Of a stretch of 64,000 nucleotides of DNA, positions 1 to 9,775 are shown in pieces. The notes under the pieces are model-generated. The model saw only the letters and a program-made list of their open reading frames with translations. It did no database searches and was not told the origin of the DNA. Position numbers and translations under genes: made by a program. The stretch covers positions 31,831 to 95,830 of the forward strand of contig JBHLPF010000006.1 in the NCBI GenBank assembly GCA_048939765.1, in the 5' to 3' direction. How positions within the stretch are numbered: position 1 is the stretch's first letter; each line of letters begins with the position of its first letter. Origin of the DNA: Promethearchaeota archaeon. GTDB lineage: Archaea > Asgardarchaeota > Thorarchaeia > Thorarchaeales > Thorarchaeaceae.

Positions 1-2
1 TA

Positions 3-551
3 GCAACATCATGGAAGGAGAATCGGAGGAAGTTCTACTATAATCAGAAAATCAACTGCATGCCAGCACAAGGTATCATCAGAATTGGAGACAAAGACTA
101 CGAATTCAATCCGGATAGTAGCTTCGGCGGACTGGATTGGGGTAGGGGCAATTGGACCTACAAGAATCGATGGTACTGGGGGTCTGCTTCGGGTATGATG
201 GATGGCGAGCTATTTGGTTGGAATATTGGATATGGGTTTAGTGATCGTTCTGTCGCATCGGAGAATATGGTCTTCCATAAGGGAAATGCTCACAAGCTAG
301 ACCGAGTGACTTTCCACATGGATGTCAACGATTATATGAAACCTTGGAAGTTCACTAGCAACGATGATAGGTTTGAGATGACCTTTGAGCCGATTCTTGA
401 TAGATTCGGTAAGTTCAATCTTCTTCTAATTAAATCGGTTCAGCACCAAGTTTTTGGTCATTTCTCTGGAAAGGTTATACTCGATGATGGCACCAAGCTT
501 AACGTTGAAAGGATGCTTGGTTTCGCTGAGGCTGTATACAATAGATGGTAG
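3..551 (+). CDS. DUF2804 family protein (5' truncated by window edge)
   Basis: The frame is open back to the window start (ATSWKENRRKFYYNQKINCMPA). Motifs GLDWGRGNW, YWGSASG, GWNIGYGF and HQVFGHFSG are typical of DUF2804. Confidence 0.75.
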   Translation, partial: ATSWKENRRKFYYNQKINCMPAQGIIRIGDKDYEFNPDSSFGGLDWGRGNWTYKNRWYWGSASGMMDGELFGWNIGYGFSDRSVASENMVFHKGNAHKLDRVTFHMDVNDYMKPWKFTSNDDRFEMTFEPILDRFGKFNLLLIKSVQHQVFGHFSGKVILDDGTKLNVERMLGFAEAVYNRW

Positions 552-600
552 CTGCGTTTTGAGAGCAGAGATATATTGTACCCATACGGGAAGATTCTTG

Positions 601-1407
601 GTGTTTGCAGTGGTAGAAATATCTGGGAAGCATGCTGATGTCAAGGGATTCAAATTATACTACGAAGAATTGGGCAAAGGTCCGCCACTGATTCTTATAC
701 ACGGCGGAATTAGCACTTCTCGTAGTGGTTGGGAACCATGTTACAAGTTTTTTGCTGAACATTTCAGAGTCATTGCACTTGATTCTAGAGGGCATGGAAA
801 ATCGGAGAACCCGAGTAAAGAACTCAGTTACAGACTGATGGCGGATGATACTGTCGCATTCATCGAAGAGTTAAGACTTGAGGACCCTCTAGTATGTGGA
901 TGGAGTGATGGCGGGCAAATCGCTTTGGAAATAGGTATTGAATATCCTAAAGCAGCAAAGGCGCTTGTTGCCGGAGGAGTATTGTCTGAGATGTCTAACC
1001 ATTATATAGAGGGAATGAGAGCCTGGGGATTAAACGGTCCGGGAGATGTCGATGTTCAGAAGCTTCAAGAAACAGTGCCAGAATTTGCAGCGTCCCTAAA
1101 GGGACTCCATTCACATGTTTATGGTGAAGATTACTGGAAGGATTTACTTACGATAAGTTCGATTATGTGGTTCAATCCAGAATCATTTCCGCAGGAGAGA
1201 ATACGAAAGATAGCAACTCCGACATTGATCATCCAAGGCGATCGAGATGAGGCGGTACCGCTTGATGATGCCGTGAAGATCTTCAAAATGCTCCCCAAAG
1301 GAGAGTTGGCAATCATAGCTGGTGCAGGACATGATGGAGTATTGACTCAAGCTCCAAAGTTTGCTGGAGCAATCATTGAGTTTCTAAAAAGGACTTTAGA
1401 CCTATAG
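601..1407 (+). CDS. alpha/beta hydrolase
   Basis: LILIHGG, DSRGHGKS, nucleophile GWSDGG, QGDRDE and GAGH. Start moved to GTG 601 to avoid overlapping the upstream gene. Confidence 0.88.
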   Translation: MFAVVEISGKHADVKGFKLYYEELGKGPPLILIHGGISTSRSGWEPCYKFFAEHFRVIALDSRGHGKSENPSKELSYRLMADDTVAFIEELRLEDPLVCGWSDGGQIALEIGIEYPKAAKALVAGGVLSEMSNHYIEGMRAWGLNGPGDVDVQKLQETVPEFAASLKGLHSHVYGEDYWKDLLTISSIMWFNPESFPQERIRKIATPTLIIQGDRDEAVPLDDAVKIFKMLPKGELAIIAGAGHDGVLTQAPKFAGAIIEFLKRTLDL

Positions 1408-1431
1408 CGGATTGAAGGATCTGTATCAAAA

Positions 1432-2268
1432 TCAATTGAAAAACAGTAGTTCAAAACTGATCAACACTATTGCAAATGCTAACACCGAATATACTATGGC
1501 AGTATTCGGCATTACCAGATCCGTGTGCTGCAAACGATCAATTCGAGAATATGCGCGTTTGTAAACGAATGTGAATATAGGAATCATAACAGCCACTGAA
1601 ATGACATTCGCGACGCCAATATACAGCTCCAAAGGCTGGTATACGAGGGCATATGCAATCATTCCAAAGCCATGGAGAGTCATCCCAATGAATAGAATCG
1701 AGAAGGTGTCTCTAAGGGTATATTCAGGAGAGATGCCCAACAAGGGAAACAGCAGAAAGAATAGAATTGCTCCCATTATGACTATCAACAATCCTAGAAC
1801 TTGGATTAGGATTGCTGGGATTCCAGCAGAAATCATCAACACTACATCGCTACCAGGAACCGATGAACCAAAGAGAAAGTATCCAGCTGTTGAAAGAAAG
1901 GCGATCGGAGCAGTCATCAATAAAGGAACTAATCTGGGAGCCCGCCAGCGCCACAGAATGACAATCACGACTACTCCAAATAGAAGTTCAGCCGCAGTTC
2001 CTGCCACGGTAACGAATAGCATGGAGCTTTCAGGGATTTGGGAAAGAGGTTTAGCCATTGATACACCAAATGGATTCAGTGATAGCTGGAAATCAATGGA
2101 AATAGAAGCTAGTGCTAAACCATGACCTATCTCATGGATTGCAGTAGTAGACAGAAGAGCAATTATGTAGGATGCAAGGAGGAGAAAGGATGATCGAAGA
2201 AGATTTGATTTCGGGTAAGATTCTGGGATTTGTTGGAGTGAGGGTCGCGGGTCAGTCGATGACGTCAT
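1432..2268 (-). CDS. multi-pass membrane protein, M50-like zinc metalloprotease
   Basis: HEIGH (HExxH) at the end of TM1, a downstream VAG motif and many hydrophobic segments. Confidence 0.6.
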   Translation of the reverse strand: MTSSTDPRPSLQQIPESYPKSNLLRSSFLLLASYIIALLSTTAIHEIGHGLALASISIDFQLSLNPFGVSMAKPLSQIPESSMLFVTVAGTAAELLFGVVVIVILWRWRAPRLVPLLMTAPIAFLSTAGYFLFGSSVPGSDVVLMISAGIPAILIQVLGLLIVIMGAILFFLLFPLLGISPEYTLRDTFSILFIGMTLHGFGMIAYALVYQPLELYIGVANVISVAVMIPIFTFVYKRAYSRIDRLQHTDLVMPNTAIVYSVLAFAIVLISFELLFFN

Positions 2269-2359
2269 CCTGGTTCAGGTCCTTTTTGACTTCGCAAGTC
2301 TAGAGGCATAATATAGTAACCGATTGGGACTATTTCGAGTTGGACAGTCCAAAATGAAA

Positions 2360-2434
2360 TGGGGCCCGAAGGGGGAATCGAACCCCCGTCAGGGGAGCCA
2401 CAATCCCCTATGCTGCCATTACACCACTCGGGCC
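2360..2434 (-). tRNA. tRNA-His(GTG)
   Basis: Reverse complement gives G-GCCCGAG...GGGGA-TT-GTG-GC-TCCCC...GGTTCGATTCC...TTCGGGC-C-CCA. G-1, C73 and CCA are encoded; no intron. Confidence 0.96.
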
Positions 2435-2521
2435 ATTGCTGTTGTGGCCAGCGATGTCATGCTCATGATTTCGTCTTATTAGCTTATCCGTAGAATATCT
2501 TGGAAACAGCGAGTTCACGAA

Positions 2522-3358
2522 TTAGCTCTTGAAGGCTAGAACACTCAAGACACTCTTTTTCCGCGTGACTGTGGCAAATCCCGAATCACGAAGCCGACTC
2601 ATGACTCCTTTCTGGAAGTCCAAATTCGAATGTTTTGATTCGGCAGATCCAATGTAGTGAAGCAATACGCCATTGCTTCGCAGAACCCTATACAAATGGC
2701 TATAGAACTCTGTTGTATAGAGTTCCGGAGCCAATGAGAAACGGGGAGGGTCATGCATCAAAGCATGGAAGGATTTGTCGTCAATCTTCTCGATTTCCAG
2801 AGACGCATCTGCATTGATGACTGTGACTCTGTCATCCGTGAAGAGTCTATGGGACCAAGGGTTCACTCTGGCCAGTTCAAGGACCTTTTCATCTTTTTCA
2901 ATCGTTACAATGCTACGAACACCCTTCTGGAGACAGGCAATGCTTGCGTAGCCGAGACCTGTACAAATCTCCAGCAGATCTATGCCATTTCGGGCACAGA
3001 TTTCGGCCTTCATAAAGGCATCGTCCATAGGTGTGGTATCTTTGACTCTATGCATCAGAATACCATCAATCAGCAGTGCAGGCGCCTGGTTCTGGACAAC
3101 AGGCATCAGTTTGTAGAAATGCTTACCGCTTAGTTCCGCTTTGAATATACCTTCGTCATTCACGAAATAGACTGACTCTTCATCCTGGGATATCTTCTCG
3201 AGCTGTTCCCTATTCCATGGTTGACTGGCAAGTCTGATTCGTCTGGTCGTTACTCCAAGGTCTAAAGAAACCTCAACCTCCCTTGAGCCGCTATCATATG
3301 CAGACAGTATACGTTCTGCAGCATAGGAGTCGAGAAACAATAGCTCTTCTGGCGACAT
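2522..3358 (-). CDS. SAM-dependent methyltransferase (COG2521-like, archaeal)
   Basis: LLIDGILMHR, EICTGLGY, NPWS, HDPPRFSLA. Confidence 0.85.
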   Translation of the reverse strand: MSPEELLFLDSYAAERILSAYDSGSREVEVSLDLGVTTRRIRLASQPWNREQLEKISQDEESVYFVNDEGIFKAELSGKHFYKLMPVVQNQAPALLIDGILMHRVKDTTPMDDAFMKAEICARNGIDLLEICTGLGYASIACLQKGVRSIVTIEKDEKVLELARVNPWSHRLFTDDRVTVINADASLEIEKIDDKSFHALMHDPPRFSLAPELYTTEFYSHLYRVLRSNGVLLHYIGSAESKHSNLDFQKGVMSRLRDSGFATVTRKKSVLSVLAFKS

Positions 3359-3459
3359 CAGACGTGATATAATAGCAGGATTTCAAAAGGCTGTCGACAT
3401 AGCCATCGCAACTGTTATGGTCTTGTGAGACATTTGAAATCCATACAGGAGGAGTGTAG

Positions 3460-4641
3460 ATGATTCTGGAAGAGAATGGATTGGACAAGGAGACCGTTGT
3501 TGGACGGCTGGAATCGCTTCTTGAAGGGGATGTCACGTACTTTTCTGGTCATCCGATTGCTTCAATGTCCACCACCCCTCATCAACTTGGAACAGATGTG
3601 TTTCTCAGGACTATGGAGAGAAACGCAGGTAGACTCCATACGTTCAAGGGATCTGCAAGGATTGAACAAGAAGTCATTGAGATGATTGCAGACCTATTGC
3701 ATCTTGAAATGCCACACGGAACGACAACATCAGGAGGGACCGAGTCCAACATACTTGCGATGCTGGCAATGCGAGAAACCCGGAAGAGAGCCAAAAAGCC
3801 TGAAGTCATCGCTCCAAAAACAGTGCACTCGTCCATTGACAAGGCGGCCTGGATTCTTGGTATCAGACTCATCAAGACCGGAGTGGACAAGCAGTTCAAG
3901 GCAATCAGCCGACGTATTGAGAAGAAGATTTCCGAGAACACCGTAGGCATTATTGCGACTGCCGGCACGACATACCTTGGGCAGATAGACCCGATTGATG
4001 AGATTGGTGGAATCGCCGCAGAAAATCGAGTCCCTCTACACATCGATGCTGCATTTGGTGGCTTTGTGATTCCTTTCTTAAACGACCTTGGACTGGGAGA
4101 TTATTCCTACGACTTTGAGTTAGATGGCGTTACTAGCATCAGCGTTGATCCGCACAAGATGGGCCTTGCGCCAATACCTGCAGGTTGCCTAATCTTTAGA
4201 TCAAGTCGCCATCTCAGTGCAATCACCAGAAAGATACCATATCTGCCAGGAGCTAGTTCCAAGCAGGCATCCCTGTTGGGAACTCGACCCGCGGCGTCAG
4301 TCTTGGCCACATGGGCTATAATGAAACACCTTGGCCGATCTGGGTACAGAGAAATTGTGAGAGGGTGTATGGCACAGACCAATTTAGCAAGGGAGAGAGT
4401 CGAGGGCAATCCGCTATTAGAGCTTGTAATTGAGCCAGTGATGAACATTCTTGGAATTCAGAGTAAAGAAGTGCCTCTTGGCACGATAATTATGAAAATG
4501 GACAAACGCGGATGGCGGATGGCGACATCCCCATTGCCGCCCTCGCTGAGACTGGTTGTTATGCCTCACGTCACTTCAGGGGCTTTGAACGCATTCTTTA
4601 ACGACTTGAATGAGGTTTCCACAACTGTACCCGCAGACTAG
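3460..4641 (+). CDS. mfnA: PLP-dependent L-tyrosine/L-aspartate decarboxylase
   Basis: TSGGTESN, HIDAAFGG, DPHKMG (PLP lysine), LLGTRP, LRLVVMPHV. Confidence 0.88.
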   Translation: MILEENGLDKETVVGRLESLLEGDVTYFSGHPIASMSTTPHQLGTDVFLRTMERNAGRLHTFKGSARIEQEVIEMIADLLHLEMPHGTTTSGGTESNILAMLAMRETRKRAKKPEVIAPKTVHSSIDKAAWILGIRLIKTGVDKQFKAISRRIEKKISENTVGIIATAGTTYLGQIDPIDEIGGIAAENRVPLHIDAAFGGFVIPFLNDLGLGDYSYDFELDGVTSISVDPHKMGLAPIPAGCLIFRSSRHLSAITRKIPYLPGASSKQASLLGTRPAASVLATWAIMKHLGRSGYREIVRGCMAQTNLARERVEGNPLLELVIEPVMNILGIQSKEVPLGTIIMKMDKRGWRMATSPLPPSLRLVVMPHVTSGALNAFFNDLNEVSTTVPAD

Positions 4642-5033
4642 GCGGGAGGGCTTAATTGATCCTTCAGGTCTAGGATCTCTTCCTCTAAATCATTCATACG
4701 TTTTGACATCTCTATCATCTTGTGCAGCAACATGGATATGAGGTATCCATAGTTGACTGAATAGCCCTTAGTCCGTTCTATGATATTGGATGCTTCTAGT
4801 CGCCCAGATACATTTGATATGGATTGTTTGGAGACCTCTCGCTCCTTTACTACCTTGTCCACATTTTCTCGGACAGCTCCTGGCTCAACTGGATTTCCTT
4901 GCAAAGGAGCTAGAAGAGTATGAAGCATGACGAGCCCCGCATTCATCCGTGGATTCATTAGTTTGGCAAATGTTTGGCTTAGGAAACGTGGATTCATTAT
5001 TTCCGCAATTTTGTCGTTTTGCTCAGTCGTCAA
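4638..5033 (-). CDS. hypothetical protein, winged-helix-like with C-terminal coiled coil
   Basis: SKQSISNVSGRLEASNIIER resembles an HTH recognition helix; heptad-rich tail. Confidence 0.5.
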   Translation of the reverse strand: MTTEQNDKIAEIMNPRFLSQTFAKLMNPRMNAGLVMLHTLLAPLQGNPVEPGAVRENVDKVVKEREVSKQSISNVSGRLEASNIIERTKGYSVNYGYLISMLLHKMIEMSKRMNDLEEEILDLKDQLSPPA

Positions 5034-5229
5034 CCTGATGTGCCCCCGTAGTGCTGATGACTAGGTGGAGTAAACGCTTTGCTTGAGAAAAATCTTCTGG
5101 CTAATCCAAATAGTCTATCGGAAATGAAGGACACAGAGAAATGTTGGTTAACGTGTACTTCATGGCGGTTCGCAAATACGCACGGTTTTGTTACGTTCAA
5201 AACAGTGAAAAGACGCGCGTTTTCTGAGC

Positions 5230-5934
5230 ATGGTAAGTGAATTCGTCTTGAACAATGAACTCGACCGAGTGGTCTTTGTGGCTGTGATTCATACTGATAC
5301 AGAAAGTGTTGAACAAGCCAGAGAGGCAGTTAGAAATGTTCGGCCCGATGTCGTCGCTGTTGAGTTGGACCATCAGAGATACCAGCAGCTCATGGACCAT
5401 GACAAGACAATGGCGAATTGGGAGCCTAAATCATCAGGCGATGCCGCACAAGACCTGATACAACATATGGCGACACTTGAGAAGAGCCTGGGGGAGATGA
5501 CCGGATCCAACGTGGGAGAAGAGATGCTCGCAGCCATTGAGGAGGGTCGAAGGATTGGCGCAAAGATAGCTCTTGTAGACAGACCAATCCACGTCACTAT
5601 GCAAGCTATAGCTAGGGTGCCCTTGGATGAGATTTATCGCCTGATGGGTGTTGTGCCTGATGTACAAAAGGACCTTCAGGAGGGGGAGGGCACTGATATC
5701 CTGGGAATGCTAAAGGAGGAAGGGGCAATTGAGAACCTGATGAAGGATTTCAACTCAGAATATCCCTACCTTGCTGATGCATTGATACATCAGAGAGACC
5801 TCTACGTCGCAAAGGCGCTCAGAAGTATCATGAAAGATGTACAAGGCAGAATTGTAGTGGTTCTGGGCGCAGGGCACATTGATGGCGTTCGAAAGGCTCT
5901 TCTAGACCTACTGGAAACCGATGCCGCTTCCTAG
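5230..5934 (+). CDS. TraB/PrgY (TraB/GumN) family protein
   Basis: PDVVAVELD, GEEMLAAIEE, LVDRPI, LIHQRD, VVVLGAGH. Confidence 0.9.
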   Translation: MVSEFVLNNELDRVVFVAVIHTDTESVEQAREAVRNVRPDVVAVELDHQRYQQLMDHDKTMANWEPKSSGDAAQDLIQHMATLEKSLGEMTGSNVGEEMLAAIEEGRRIGAKIALVDRPIHVTMQAIARVPLDEIYRLMGVVPDVQKDLQEGEGTDILGMLKEEGAIENLMKDFNSEYPYLADALIHQRDLYVAKALRSIMKDVQGRIVVVLGAGHIDGVRKALLDLLETDAAS

Positions 5935-6581
5935 AAACCTAGGGATTCAATAAGGGCTTCTATTCCCTCACCGGTCGCTGAGCTGATCTTGAGGACTGGG
6001 ATGTTTGCGTCAACCTCCCGCACATCATCTTCGAGAGCGCCTACATCGAAACCAATAGCTTCGGCGAGATCGACCTTGTTGATGACAACCATATCAGCTC
6101 TCTTTATTGTGAGTGGATGTTTCCGCACCATATAGGGACCCTCAGTCACACTCACAACGACTATCTTCTTGTCTACTCCCAGCGAATATCCTGCAGGACA
6201 GATGAGGTTTCCAACATTCTCGATGAAAATGAGTTCATATTTAGACAGATCGATGTCTTTCAGAGCAACTCGAAGCATCCTTGCATCTAAGTGACACGCA
6301 GTCCCCGTGTTTATCTGAACCGTATCAACCCCGTGAGAGGCGACACGGTCTGCATCTATTGTTGTTGCGAGATCACCAGCTACCATTAGGATTTGATACC
6401 TGTCGCGTAGTTTCTCGCAGAGTGCTTCAATGAGCTGTGTCTTGCCAGTACCAACGGACCCCATAATGTCAACAGATTTGATTCCATTTTGTCTGAATAA
6501 ATCAGCGTTGTGAGACGCAGCCTCTTCGTTTGCTCCAAAGAGATCTGTTCCGATGTCTATTGTAATTGTGCGGTCCGTCAT
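5931..6581 (-). CDS. hypB: hydrogenase nickel incorporation GTPase HypB
   Basis: GSVGTGKT, INTGTACHLDA, ENVGNLICPA, NKVD. Confidence 0.93.
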   Translation of the reverse strand: MTDRTITIDIGTDLFGANEEAASHNADLFRQNGIKSVDIMGSVGTGKTQLIEALCEKLRDRYQILMVAGDLATTIDADRVASHGVDTVQINTGTACHLDARMLRVALKDIDLSKYELIFIENVGNLICPAGYSLGVDKKIVVVSVTEGPYMVRKHPLTIKRADMVVINKVDLAEAIGFDVGALEDDVREVDANIPVLKISSATGEGIEALIESLGF

Positions 6582-6593
6582 TTCCTCTCCTTC

Positions 6594-7148
6594 TTATTGC
6601 GTGATCTCTTGGAATTCATCATCCGGATATAGATATTGACCAATAATTGGTCGGATTACAATCCGCTCTAACAGTAAGGCAACAAATGCCCATAGAAACG
6701 CCTGAAGCATATCAATTGCAGCATAGAGGACTGTGAGTTCTATTGATTCCGTAAATGCTGCGAAGATGGTCATGCTAGGGATGAAGCCTCCGATGATTCC
6801 TCCTCCGAGGACAACCATTGCAATGTAGAGCAGAGTGTCCCTATCAGCCCTAACATGAATTGCATACCCAGTTCCTATCCCCAGGCAGATATTGCCAATC
6901 ATGGGCAGCAACGGTGGTTCTCCTCCACCTATGGCACCTCCAAGACCGACTATTGCACCGACCAATGCCCCGCCCGGTAGACCACCAATGACTCCCCCAA
7001 GTTCTGAGAACAGGAACCCAGGCGTTAAATCAAGCAGGCCAGGTATCACCGGAATTCGTACAAACATACGAACCACAATGCCCACGGCTGCTAGCATGGC
7101 TAGAGTTGTCAAAGCTGCCGTGTTCTTCTGCAGAGGAATCTTGCCCAT
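6594..7148 (-). CDS. ECF transporter S-component-like membrane protein
   Basis: AMLAAVG in TM1, RIPVIPG, a GG-rich GxxxG helix pair and about 5-6 TM segments. ATG 7148 follows a GAGGT SD-like sequence. Confidence 0.6.
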   Translation of the reverse strand: MGKIPLQKNTAALTTLAMLAAVGIVVRMFVRIPVIPGLLDLTPGFLFSELGGVIGGLPGGALVGAIVGLGGAIGGGEPPLLPMIGNICLGIGTGYAIHVRADRDTLLYIAMVVLGGGIIGGFIPSMTIFAAFTESIELTVLYAAIDMLQAFLWAFVALLLERIVIRPIIGQYLYPDDEFQEITQ

Positions 7149-7174
7149 TTCACTATACCTCAAGACACCATGGC

Positions 7175-7552
7175 TCAGGTAAGCTGGTCGCCCCATGGTT
7201 CCAACAAGAATCTTCTGGTTTCTTGGTACCATCGGTCAAGTCGAGCAAGAATCTCCCCCCTAACCGACTCTGTAGAAATAGCCCTGTACACATGATAAAA
7301 CCCCCCACGCTCAAATGTCTGTTCGCTCATGTCCACTAGACCCTTATCCTTTAGGTTGGTCAACACACGTTGAACAGTACTACGGTCTCTATCAATTCGT
7401 GCAGCAATCTCTTTGACGGTCTTTGGACCAGTGATAAGTGAGAAGTAGACATCTATCTCTGTGTCCCTCAATCCGAAAGCACAGCATAGAAGATCCGACG
7501 GCTTTTCGAAGCTCTTACTGAATAAGTCTGCCAGGAGGGCCTTGGAAGTCAT
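7175..7552 (-). CDS. TrmB-like (COG3355) HTH transcriptional regulator
   Basis: CAFGLRDTEIDVYFSL, TVKEIA...RDRSTVQRVLTNL..KGLV, GGFYHVY. Confidence 0.85.
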   Translation of the reverse strand: MTSKALLADLFSKSFEKPSDLLCCAFGLRDTEIDVYFSLITGPKTVKEIAARIDRDRSTVQRVLTNLKDKGLVDMSEQTFERGGFYHVYRAISTESVRGEILARLDRWYQETRRFLLEPWGDQLT

Positions 7553-7685
7553 TTCTTTTCCTCATTTCTTTTCCTAAGTTCTTTTCTTTAAAGAGTTGTG
7601 CAATGTCGTGCACAATCGAATATTCCGGCATAATACTTCGGTTCAAAAGAATCAGATATCTCATACAGGGTGGAGCTGACACACA

Positions 7686-8159
7686 ATGGACTTCAGCACA
7701 CTGAAAGAAGACCGAAATTTGGACCCTTGGAGAAGAAACGAGCAAGAGCCAAGACAACTCCAACCTATCAATTTGGCACCGCTAAAAGGAATCATCGAGT
7801 CAGATGCTGTGAGGTCCAAAGTGCTTAGAGTCTTGATTGAAGATGGCACTTGGGTTTCCACCGCAGATCTATTGAGGGCAGCCAGACAAGAGAGAGCGAT
7901 TGTGGGGGCGGTTACAATCGGAACGATATTGAAGGGAATGAATGATTTGGTCAGCTCAAAACTCATTCTTAGTCGAACGTCCTTGGCATCAGGTATTGAC
8001 TGGGCTGAATGGAGAATAAACCCAGATTGGCTAAGGCCCACGAGGAAGCTGCTACAAATGCTTAGCAGGCCTAGGTTTGAAAGGGCAATTCGAAAGACTC
8101 CGACCGAAGATAGACAATCACGTCTAGAAGAGTTCACCACTGAGGCTACTCAGGAGTGA
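7686..8159 (+). CDS. hypothetical protein, possible winged helix
   Basis: Clean ORF; helix-helix-helix-wing pattern (VRSKVLRVL...STADLL...EWRINP). Confidence 0.5.
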   Translation: MDFSTLKEDRNLDPWRRNEQEPRQLQPINLAPLKGIIESDAVRSKVLRVLIEDGTWVSTADLLRAARQERAIVGAVTIGTILKGMNDLVSSKLILSRTSLASGIDWAEWRINPDWLRPTRKLLQMLSRPRFERAIRKTPTEDRQSRLEEFTTEATQE

Positions 8160-8173
8160 GTAGCTTATGTTGA

Positions 8174-8863
8174 GTGAGTAGACTTATTAGGAGTTCAAGT
8201 ACGCAAGAGCACATGCAAGATCCATCAGGAAAGGAGGCAGATGCTGCTATGGCCTCTCCCGAGCGAGCACATGATGATCAGGACTGGCATCTCTCAGAAG
8301 TGTCACGAACTAGTGAGAACGTCAAGAAAGTAGCCCTGGCAGGGATCATGGCATCTCTCTCACTGGCCACATCTCCCATTGCCTCAGTGATTCCGAGGAT
8401 TCCCGGATGGGATATTGCGCTTTTCGATCCCGTTTCATTCTTCTGGATTATAGCATTCCTTGTGGGTGGAATCTGGGTCGGCATGATCAGTGTGACTGCT
8501 GGAACCTTTGGCTTGTTCTTCTTCGATCCTTCAGGCGTTGGACCCATATTCAAGTTAATGGCCACTCTGCCTATGATTGTCATTCCTTGGCTAATTGTTA
8601 GATTTCGGGGGCAAGGAGGACTGCGTCTAGCTGCTCCAACGCTATTCATAAGTGCAATGACCATTGCCACTCTTGTAAGACTGCTCATAATGGTCCCGAC
8701 AAATCTGGTCATGGTACCTATGCTATATGGGCCAGTATGGACTGCCGAGTTTATTGTGACATATGCATTGATTCTCAATCTATCTCAGAGTCTATGGGAC
8801 AGTTTGATTCCGTATGTTACAGTTTATCTAAGCCCAATATTCGAACGGTTTGGCATGTGGTAA
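8174..8863 (+). CDS. ECF transporter S-component-like membrane protein
   Basis: KKVALAGIMASL, FDPVS, GPIFK and NLVM motifs with about 6 TMs. The true start may be ATG 8249. Confidence 0.7.
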   Translation: MSRLIRSSSTQEHMQDPSGKEADAAMASPERAHDDQDWHLSEVSRTSENVKKVALAGIMASLSLATSPIASVIPRIPGWDIALFDPVSFFWIIAFLVGGIWVGMISVTAGTFGLFFFDPSGVGPIFKLMATLPMIVIPWLIVRFRGQGGLRLAAPTLFISAMTIATLVRLLIMVPTNLVMVPMLYGPVWTAEFIVTYALILNLSQSLWDSLIPYVTVYLSPIFERFGMW

Positions 8864-8962
8864 GTCCCCACAGGTGAAGTCGTGGCACGGAGGGGACCCT
8901 AGAAACCGCTATATGCGGAAGTCCGTAGAATAATCAGACCAGCCACCATAGGATGATCTACA

Positions 8963-9775
8963 ATGCGGCGATGCGAGTTTTGTGATAGCCCTGTCCCAGC
9001 TGATGCTACAGTCTGCCCGGTATGCAAAGAGGAAATTGCTGCGGAGACCCTTGAGAGAATTTTGCCAATGCTCAAGAGACCTGATGCACCAGATGTGAGG
9101 GAGATGGGTATTAGGGACAGACTATGGGGAGTGATTCGACGTCCAGCCGCAGCCTACCGTGATATCGGAAGAAGACCTGATGCCGCGGGTCCCATGCTTG
9201 TCATAATAGCCAATGCACTTGTCCTCTTTGGCTTCTTTTTGGCCATATCATCGAAATTCACAGTCACTGTCACCGTCAACACGACCTCGGGACAGACTGC
9301 TGATGTCAGTGTATTGAGCAGCCACCTGGCGCCACAGGTAATACTCGCTGGAGTAGCGACAATTGTTCCCTACATGATGCTTGGCATGTTCTACTTGATC
9401 ATCGGTGGAGCTTTCGCCCATCTTGCCTTTAGAATCACTGGAGGTTCTGGGAACAAGCGAAAGTCAGTGGCAATCGTTGGATACAGTATGCTTCCTGTCG
9501 TACTCATTCGAATAGCTGCTATCTTCGTCATCCTGACAACTCTACCCACTTTTGATGCGAATCTGGCCTCACGGTACGGGCAGATTGTCGACGCCATTTT
9601 CACGTCCCCCAGTTGGGAGATCATTGACCTAATGACAGTTGGAGCGTTCTTCTGGACAGGATTCTTGCTAATATTTGGAATAAGAGAGGCACATGACACC
9701 TCCACGATGTGGGCCGCACTTATGTCGCTAGCCTGCATGATAGTCCTGATATGGACATTCTGGCAAGTCCACTAG
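8963..9775 (+). CDS. Zn-ribbon plus Yip1-family membrane protein
   Basis: N-terminal CEFC..CPVC. Yip1 pattern: LWGVIRRPAAAY, GGSGN..SVAIVGYSMLP, W...LLIFGIREAH. Confidence 0.8.
   Translation: MRRCEFCDSPVPADATVCPVCKEEIAAETLERILPMLKRPDAPDVREMGIRDRLWGVIRRPAAAYRDIGRRPDAAGPMLVIIANALVLFGFFLAISSKFTVTVTVNTTSGQTADVSVLSSHLAPQVILAGVATIVPYMMLGMFYLIIGGAFAHLAFRITGGSGNKRKSVAIVGYSMLPVVLIRIAAIFVILTTLPTFDANLASRYGQIVDAIFTSPSWEIIDLMTVGAFFWTGFLLIFGIREAHDTSTMWAALMSLACMIVLIWTFWQVH

Noticed and set aside
1571-2125. Long antisense ORFs (for example 1571-2125, 12348-12953, 45930-46466, 52306-52920)
   Set aside because: Shadows of well-supported genes on the opposite strand, with no motifs of their own.
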